Origin: an uncultured Chromatiales bacterium
GTDB taxonomy: Bacteria; Bacteroidota; Ignavibacteria; SZUA-365
Direction of reading: 5' to 3'
NCBI GenBank assembly: GCA_964388275.1
Contig: CAYLZD010000003.1
Location: forward strand, 52,638-116,637
Length of the DNA: 64,000 nt
This document shows, piece by piece, positions 57,862 through 64,000 of this stretch; positions within the stretch are counted from its first letter, which is position 1; every line of letters begins with the position of its first letter. Position numbers and translations under genes: made by a program. A model generated the notes under the pieces. That model had not been told where the DNA came from and searched no databases. It saw only the letters and a list, made by a program, of their open reading frames with translations.

Positions 57862-59196
57862 ATGGCGAAACAGGACGGGAAAAACAGAGCATCAACGAAA
57901 CGCAGGCGAACCGTCTCGATCATAACGCTCGGTTGCTCCAAGAATGTTGTCGACTCCGAGGTCCTGCTGAGGCAGATCGAGGCCAACAGGCTGGTTATCG
58001 CCGACGATCCGAACAACACCGATACGCTCATCGTCAATACCTGCGGTTTCATCGATGCGGCGAAGGAGGAATCGATCGGAGTCATACTGCAAGCAGCGGA
58101 ACGCAAAAAGCTCGGCAAATTGAGGCGCCTCATCGTCGCCGGCTGCCTATCCGAACGATACCGCAGCGAACTCGAAAAAGAGATTCCGGAAGTCGACGGG
58201 TTTTTCGGTGTGACGGACTTCGGACGGATTCTCGAAATGCTCGGCGGCAGTTACAGAACTGAGCTGCTCGGCGAACGTCGCCTTTCCACACCTTCGCATT
58301 TCGCATGGCTGAAAATATCCGAGGGCTGCGGCAATCCGTGTTCCTTCTGCGCCATCCCTCTGATGCGGGGCGGACTTGCATCCCGCCTGCCCGGCGACAT
58401 ACTGGCGGAGGCGCGCCTTCTGGCCCGGCAGGGAGTCCGCGAGGTCGCGCTCATTGCGCAGGACACGACGGCCTACGGATTGGATCTTTTCGGCGAGCGG
58501 CGCCTTGCCCGGCTGCTGGAAGATCTCGTTAAAACAGACGGTCTCGACTGGATTCGTCTCATGTACGCTTATCCGGCAAAGTTTCCCGCGGAAGTGCTGG
58601 ATGTGATGAGGGAACACGCATCCATCTGCAGATACATCGATATCCCGGTTCAGCACAGTTCCGACTCCGTTCTTCGTTCCATGCGCCGAGGGATTACACG
58701 GGCGGCCACGCTTGAACTGCTTCGGCGGATACGCGAGAAAGTCCCGGGCGTCGCCTTGCGCACATCGCTTATCGTCGGCTATCCCGGCGAAACGGAACGT
58801 GACTTCGAGGACTTGTGCGGCTTCGTGAGGGAATTGCGTTTCGAGCGGCTCGGCGTCTTTGCGTATTCCTCCGAGGAAGGCACCCCCGCCGCGGAACTGG
58901 GCGATCCCCTGCCTCCCGCCGAGAAGGAGGCACGCAGAAGCGTCATTATGGACATTCAATCGGAAATCTCCCTCGCGCGCAACCGTTCGCTTATAGGCGC
59001 GACGCTCAAGGTGCTGATCGATCGAATCGAAGACGGCATGGCGGTCGGACGAACCGAGCATGACGCTCCGGAGATCGACAACGAAACTCACGTACCGCTG
59101 GAATCTTTTTCGACGCGCCCGTTGCCCGGGACTTTTCTTTCAGTTAGAATTGTTGGAGCAGACGAACACGACCTGTTCGGAACAAACGCGGAGTAA
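57862..59196 (+). CDS. rimO: ribosomal protein S12 methylthiotransferase RimO (radical SAM MTTase)
   Basis: UPF0004 N-terminal domain, radical-SAM CxxxCxxC (EGCGNPCSFCAIP), and a C-terminal TRAM domain. Confidence 0.8.
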   Translation: MAKQDGKNRASTKRRRTVSIITLGCSKNVVDSEVLLRQIEANRLVIADDPNNTDTLIVNTCGFIDAAKEESIGVILQAAERKKLGKLRRLIVAGCLSERYRSELEKEIPEVDGFFGVTDFGRILEMLGGSYRTELLGERRLSTPSHFAWLKISEGCGNPCSFCAIPLMRGGLASRLPGDILAEARLLARQGVREVALIAQDTTAYGLDLFGERRLARLLEDLVKTDGLDWIRLMYAYPAKFPAEVLDVMREHASICRYIDIPVQHSSDSVLRSMRRGITRAATLELLRRIREKVPGVALRTSLIVGYPGETERDFEDLCGFVRELRFERLGVFAYSSEEGTPAAELGDPLPPAEKEARRSVIMDIQSEISLARNRSLIGATLKVLIDRIEDGMAVGRTEHDAPEIDNETHVPLESFSTRPLPGTFLSVRIVGADEHDLFGTNAE

Positions 59197-59199
59197 CCA

Positions 59200-60513
59200 A
59201 TGCGCCTTTCATCCGACATCTGCAAAGCGTGGGCGCTGTTGCTTGCCCTGATACCGGCCTCTCTCCAGGGACAAGTGGAACAACAGCGGCCGGCCGTCCC
59301 CGGCAGATCACAACCGTTCTACTTCGATGCCATGAATTTCGCCCAGTTCGACGAGTACGGCCTGTCGAGCAGGATCGACATTTATGTGCAGATTCCCTTC
59401 GACCTGATCACTTTCGTGAGGACCTCCGACGGATATGTGGGAGCGTACACCATAACGGCGGTTGTGAGCGATGAAGAAGGCAAACGCCTGCGGGAGGAGA
59501 CCTGGACGCGAAAAGTCGAGCGCAGCACGTTCGAAGGCGCTACCAATCCCAACACCAGCGATCTGACTCTGCGATCGATATCGCTGGAGCCGGGACCGGC
59601 GATCGTCGAGATATACTACGAAGACAAGGAATCGTCCAAGGAGTACAGACTCTCGCGCAGAATCGACGTGAGAAAGTTCGACCGCAACCTGCTCGGGATC
59701 AGCGATCTCATGCTGGTTTCGAAAATCGAGGAGATGGAAGGCAAACGGAGGATATCGCCTCATGTCAATCCCAATGTCGCCATGCTCAGCGACGGCGTTT
59801 CCGTGTTTTACGAGATATACAATCCCTTCCTGCTCGGCGAACTGGAGGTGACGCACAGAATCACGAAAAAGCAGCAGGTCGTGATGGAAAAACGCGAGCG
59901 GCAGTCGGTGCGTCGGGGCCTCAATACCTTCGTCACGAAGATAGGATTACAGGAAATGGGCATCGGGGCCTTCGATCTCGAACTTACGGCCGCGGTGCCG
60001 GGGGATTCGACGGGCGGCACGGTTTCGGTAAAAGCGACTCGTCCTTTCATCGTGGAATGGCTCAGCGGCGGCGCTCCGCTTTCCATCACCGACCTGGACG
60101 AAGCCATAGAGCAGCTCAGGTATTTCGCGAAGAGCGGCGAGCTGTCATACATCCGCGAACCGCAGGATGAGAAGGAACGCCGCCGGCGTTTCGAGGAATT
60201 CTGGGAAAGGAACAATCCCGCGCCCGGCTCATCCACCAACAGGGCAATGGTCGAATACTACACCCGTATCGCCTATGCCAACGCGAACTTCGGCCATTAC
60301 ATCGCCGGGTGGAAAACCGACCGGGGAATGGTCTATATCATTTACGGCCCTCCGAATACCGTAGACAGGCATCCGCTGGACGTGGAATCCAAACCCTACG
60401 AAATCTGGGAATACTATGAGCTGAACAGGCGCTTCGTCTTCGTGGACGAGAGCGGATTCGGAGATTATCGGCTGTTGTATCCCATATGGGACGACAGGAA
60501 CAGGATCAGGTGA
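59200..60513 (+). CDS. GWxTD-domain secreted protein
   Basis: Signal peptide, then the C-terminal GWKTDRGMVYIIYGPP hallmark; 437 aa. Confidence 0.7.
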   Translation: MRLSSDICKAWALLLALIPASLQGQVEQQRPAVPGRSQPFYFDAMNFAQFDEYGLSSRIDIYVQIPFDLITFVRTSDGYVGAYTITAVVSDEEGKRLREETWTRKVERSTFEGATNPNTSDLTLRSISLEPGPAIVEIYYEDKESSKEYRLSRRIDVRKFDRNLLGISDLMLVSKIEEMEGKRRISPHVNPNVAMLSDGVSVFYEIYNPFLLGELEVTHRITKKQQVVMEKRERQSVRRGLNTFVTKIGLQEMGIGAFDLELTAAVPGDSTGGTVSVKATRPFIVEWLSGGAPLSITDLDEAIEQLRYFAKSGELSYIREPQDEKERRRRFEEFWERNNPAPGSSTNRAMVEYYTRIAYANANFGHYIAGWKTDRGMVYIIYGPPNTVDRHPLDVESKPYEIWEYYELNRRFVFVDESGFGDYRLLYPIWDDRNRIR

Positions 60514-60524
60514 CGTGAGGCGGG

Positions 60525-62309
60525 TTAACGGCGCACAGTTTCGCGGTTTTCCTGTTCCTTGTACTGCAGCTGATACAGCCGGAAATAGATGCCGCCCAGT
60601 TCCAGCAGCTCCTGATGCGTGCCCTGCTCCCGTATGCGGCCTTTATGCATGACCAGTATCTTGTCCGCGTTGCGTATCGTCGAGAGCCTGTGCGCGATGA
60701 CTATGGAGGTGCGTCCTCTCAGCATACGCTCGATCGCCCGTTGAATCAACTGCTCGGATTCGGTGTCTATGCTCGATGTCGCCTCGTCGAGTATCAGAAT
60801 CTCGGGATCGTAAGCCAGTGCCCGGGCAAAAGCCAGCAGTTGCTTCTGCCCGACCGATAGTGTCGCGCCCCTCTCCTTGACTTCCGTCGCATAGCCGCCG
60901 GGGAGGCGTTCGATGAAGCCGTCCGCGCCCGCCAACGCCGCAACCTCGCGCACCCGCTCCATGCCGATGCTTTCATCGCCCAGTGTAATATTGTCCGCGA
61001 TGTTGCCTGAGAACAGGAACACATCCTGCAGCACCACGCCGATATGCCTCCGCAGTTCCGGCGTCGGAATCTCCCGGATGTCGCGCCCGCCGATGTATAT
61101 TGCTCCCGCCTTTATGTCGTAGAGACGGCCCAGCAGGCTGATTATCGTGGTTTTCCCGGCGCCCGTGGCGCCCACAATGGCGACGGTCGATCCGCGTTTG
61201 ATCGTGAACGAGACGTCGCGGAGCACGTAGTCGTCTCCGTTATACGCGAAATTCACGTTTCGGAATTCCACGTCGCCGTCGAGAGCGGAGAGCTTCGAGC
61301 CCGGCGCCGGTTCCGGCAGCACGGCTTCGTCGTCGATCAGCTTGAAAATCCTCTCGGAAGACGCCATTGCGCTTTGCATGATGTTGTATTTCTCTGAGAG
61401 GTCGCGCACCGGCCTGAAAAACATTTCCGTGTATTGGATGAAGCTGATCAGGGTTCCAAGCGTCATCAAACCCGAGAGAATGTTCTGCCCGGCGTACCAG
61501 ATTATCAGGGCGACGGCGAGCGAACTCAGGAAATCGACCGTCGGAAAGAAAACCGCGTAATAGAACACCGACTTGACATTGGCTTCGGTGTGCGCCCTGT
61601 TGATGTCTTCGTGAGCGGCTGTCTCAGCCTGCTCCCTGCCGAAAAGTTGCACCGTGCTCATGCCCGAAACCCGTTCCTGCGTGAAGCTGTTGAGGCGCGC
61701 GACCTCGAAACGGATGTCGCGGTACGTCTCCCGCACCCTCTTCCTGAAAAGAAAGGTTGCATAGACCAGCAGCGGAAGCACGCTCAAAGTCACCAGGGCC
61801 AGCCCCCAGTCGATCATGAACATGAAGATGACGATCCAGATGATGATGAAAACGTCCGCGAATACCGTGACGAGGCCCGATGAGAACATTTCGTTCAGGA
61901 CCTCCACATCCCCTGTTACTCTTGTGACCAGGCGGCCCACGGGATTCCTGTCGAAAAACGAGAGCGACATCCGCTGCAGCTTGCGGTATATCTGCATCCT
62001 GATGTCGAAAATCGTGTGCTGGCCGATCCATTGAGTGAAATAGGTCATCACATACTGCACTATTCCCTGCAGCAGCAGCGAACCGAGCAGCAGGACGGCG
62101 ATGAGCAACAAGCCGTTCGAATCCTTGTTCGCGATATGCTCATCCACCGCTATCCGCGTCAGGTAAGGTCGCAAGGGGCCGAGCGCCGAAATCAGGACAG
62201 TCAGGAGTATAGCTCCGGCTATGTGAAAGCGGTACGGTTTCGAATAAGTCAACAGCCGCCTCATCAAGCGGCCGTCGTATGCTTTGCCGAGAATTTCGTC
62301 TTCTTGCAT
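60525..62309 (-). CDS. ABC exporter, fused permease/ATPase (MsbA-like)
   Basis: 594 aa: 6-TM domain followed by an NBD (GATGAGKTT, LSVGQKQLLAFARAL, ILILDEATS). Confidence 0.85.
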   Translation of the reverse strand: MQEDEILGKAYDGRLMRRLLTYSKPYRFHIAGAILLTVLISALGPLRPYLTRIAVDEHIANKDSNGLLLIAVLLLGSLLLQGIVQYVMTYFTQWIGQHTIFDIRMQIYRKLQRMSLSFFDRNPVGRLVTRVTGDVEVLNEMFSSGLVTVFADVFIIIWIVIFMFMIDWGLALVTLSVLPLLVYATFLFRKRVRETYRDIRFEVARLNSFTQERVSGMSTVQLFGREQAETAAHEDINRAHTEANVKSVFYYAVFFPTVDFLSSLAVALIIWYAGQNILSGLMTLGTLISFIQYTEMFFRPVRDLSEKYNIMQSAMASSERIFKLIDDEAVLPEPAPGSKLSALDGDVEFRNVNFAYNGDDYVLRDVSFTIKRGSTVAIVGATGAGKTTIISLLGRLYDIKAGAIYIGGRDIREIPTPELRRHIGVVLQDVFLFSGNIADNITLGDESIGMERVREVAALAGADGFIERLPGGYATEVKERGATLSVGQKQLLAFARALAYDPEILILDEATSSIDTESEQLIQRAIERMLRGRTSIVIAHRLSTIRNADKILVMHKGRIREQGTHQELLELGGIYFRLYQLQYKEQENRETVRR

Positions 62310-62439
62310 ATGCTGGATGTCCTCGCGGCGCCTGCCGCATCACAACAAAACAATATATTGAAACGGATGGTTCAATCCGTTAGACGTTGGACGCAAGAAC
62401 GATCCGTCGGGCGAAAGACCTCAACCAGCGCCCCTTCCC

Positions 62440-62480
62440 CCTTCACTCTTCACTCTTCACCCTTCACCCTTCACCCTTCA
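62440..62480. repeat. heptanucleotide microsatellite (CTTCACY)x6 in the intergenic region upstream of the ABC exporter
   Basis: cttcact cttcact cttcacc cttcacc cttcacc cttcac, preceded by a degenerate cccttcc. It sits 132-172 bp upstream of the exporter start codon. Confidence 0.85.
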
Positions 62481-62531
62481 CGCCGGAAAAACGTCAAAAG
62501 TCAGCCACGCGTAATACCGGTCAAAGCCCGC

Positions 62532-64000
62532 TCACCTCGCCAGCACTATTCTCCTGGTCCTTACCTCCGTCCCCGCCGTAACGACACAAGTATAGATACC
62601 GGCCGGAAGATCCCGGGCGAAAAACACGGTTGAATGAACGCCGGCTGTCAGAACCCCATCATGTAACACAGCGGTTTCGCGCCCGGCCTCGTCCATTATC
62701 CGCACCTTCACGTGCCGATCCGACGGCAGCGTGAATGATATCGTCGAGGACGCATTGAACGGATTAGGATAGTTCGCGAGCAATCCGAAGCCCTCAGCCC
62801 CGGGCCGCATCATCACGAGCACTTCCTGAGAATGTTCGCAGGCGCCGTCCCTATAGACGATTCTCAGGCGGTACCGGCATTCCGCCGCCTTCCGGGGTTC
62901 TCCGTCGATGAAAGCGTAGTCCCTCGCGAGATCCGACGATCCGCCGGCGTCCACAGCGCCGATGTACTCCCAATCACCCGTCGTCCGGCGCTGCACCTCG
63001 AAGCGCAGAGTGTTCAGCTCGGAGGCGGTCTTCCACGCCAGATGCACGGCGTCGCCGCGCAAGTGAGCTGTGAACGCCGTCAGTTCGACCGGCAGGGGAT
63101 TCGTGGCGTCGGTGAGAGCGAAGTCGGAAAACGATGTCAAGCCGGTCATCGTGACCGTCTTGTTGGAAGTGTTCGCGGCCGACGCCGACAGGTAACTCCA
63201 TATGCCGCCGTCGCGTTTTGCGAGCCGGATGCTGGATTCCGACGAAATGGTCCCCAGCCAGGCGGGCGAATAACCGAAAGTGATGTCGTACGTGTATCCG
63301 CTGCCGCCCGTGGCCGTCACGGCCGCGTAGGCGTTGCTGTATTTGCCCGCGAGCGGTGCGGGAGGATTGTCGCCCGAGTAGTAGCGGAAATCGACCGATG
63401 CGGGCACGGTTCCTCCCGAGCCCCAGCTGATGACGGCGAGATTCTGACCGGCGAAGCTGAACACTGTGGCGCCGTTGGCGGCCGGCGCGCCGGTGACCGC
63501 GGCTGACGGCGGTGTTGTGGACGTCGTGAATTCATCGGCGCCGATGTCGACGGCCATGCCCTGCGTCACCGACCTCACACCGCTGCTGTGGAAGTCGTCC
63601 GCCGTGGAGTCGGCCGCGGGTCCGGCTATTCCCTTTCCGTTGACGGTCCAGCAGACCGCATTCGTCGAATCTATCATGAGATCACCGTCGGCGGCGTCGC
63701 GGAACAGGCTCGACGGGGAAATGGAAGCGGCCGGGAGATACAGGCTGTAGGAATCCCCGGCGCTGTTCGATTTGAACAATTCGAAACCGTAGACCGAGTT
63801 GTTGTATGCCGCCACGGCCGACGTGTCCGGCGACACGTGGAAATTGAAGTCGGAATTCCATGCGCCGGCCACCGTGCTTCCGCAAGCCAGATGGACTCCG
63901 TTGCCCGTTCTCGCGTTGAAGTAGATGTTGTTGGCGTGTCTCACCGCGGTCGCGGCGGTGCGCGCGTAACCGTGCGAATTCGCCGCCGTAGTCCCGTTCG
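62532..64000 (-). CDS. secreted T9SS cargo protein (unknown N-terminal domains + pre-CTD Ig-like domain + type-A sorting CTD); N-terminus beyond window end
   Basis: The C-terminus carries NPLPVELTAFTAHLRGDAVHLAWKTASELNTLRFEVQRR followed by NYPNPFNASSTISFTLP...GIYTCVV, typical of T9SS CTDs. The frame is open towards the window end. Confidence 0.6.
   Translation of the reverse strand, partial: NGTTAANSHGYARTAATAVRHANNIYFNARTGNGVHLACGSTVAGAWNSDFNFHVSPDTSAVAAYNNSVYGFELFKSNSAGDSYSLYLPAASISPSSLFRDAADGDLMIDSTNAVCWTVNGKGIAGPAADSTADDFHSSGVRSVTQGMAVDIGADEFTTSTTPPSAAVTGAPAANGATVFSFAGQNLAVISWGSGGTVPASVDFRYYSGDNPPAPLAGKYSNAYAAVTATGGSGYTYDITFGYSPAWLGTISSESSIRLAKRDGGIWSYLSASAANTSNKTVTMTGLTSFSDFALTDATNPLPVELTAFTAHLRGDAVHLAWKTASELNTLRFEVQRRTTGDWEYIGAVDAGGSSDLARDYAFIDGEPRKAAECRYRLRIVYRDGACEHSQEVLVMMRPGAEGFGLLANYPNPFNASSTISFTLPSDRHVKVRIMDEAGRETAVLHDGVLTAGVHSTVFFARDLPAGIYTCVVTAGTEVRTRRIVLAR

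Noticed and set aside
1-64000. Search for CRISPR arrays, tRNA/rRNA genes, IS elements, toxin-antitoxin or restriction-modification/defence genes
   Set aside because: No repeat-spacer arrays; the only tandem repeat is a 7-mer microsatellite. Intergenic regions are all under 250 bp, with no tRNA-like T-loop or acceptor patterns. No transposase, integrase cargo, methyltransferase/REase or recognisable defence domains were seen.

Overview
High-GC (~62%), gene-dense, mostly housekeeping chromosomal segment. It looks like an uncultivated FCB-group bacterium: two cargo proteins carry T9SS (type IX secretion) C-terminal sorting domains, Shine-Dalgarno motifs are used, and a HydF maturase suggests an anaerobe. 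I call about 55 CDSs, nearly all on conserved genes: lolCDE-like, prfB, phoH, dus, wecB, rpsT, sucC, maeB, P5C dehydrogenase, an opp-like ABC system, hprK, hpf, xerC, topA, smg, ybeY, gltX, nadD, gatC, kdsB and rimO. I see no rRNA, tRNA, CRISPR array or mobile element. The most interesting locus is 53275-56781: an NAD-dependent epimerase/dehydratase is divergently paired with a serine-palmitoyltransferase-like alpha-oxoamine synthase operon, which runs straight into a large GNAT N-acyltransferase. This matches the bacterial ceramide (Spt-bCerS-CerR) architecture and is a candidate sphingolipid or related aminolipid pathway. Other observations: two tandem DUF2723 (GT-C fold, TMEM260-like) membrane proteins with TPR tails; tandem PrsW-family proteases; a conserved prfB programmed +1 frameshift that naive ORF calling truncates; a CTTCACY heptanucleotide microsatellite upstream of an MsbA-like exporter; an Lpp-like coiled-coil lipoprotein next to a coiled-coil LysM protein; a GT2+DUF2064 pair; an orphan hydF; a histone H1-like gene. 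Many long ORFs in the six-frame track are antisense shadows of real genes, as expected at this GC content.
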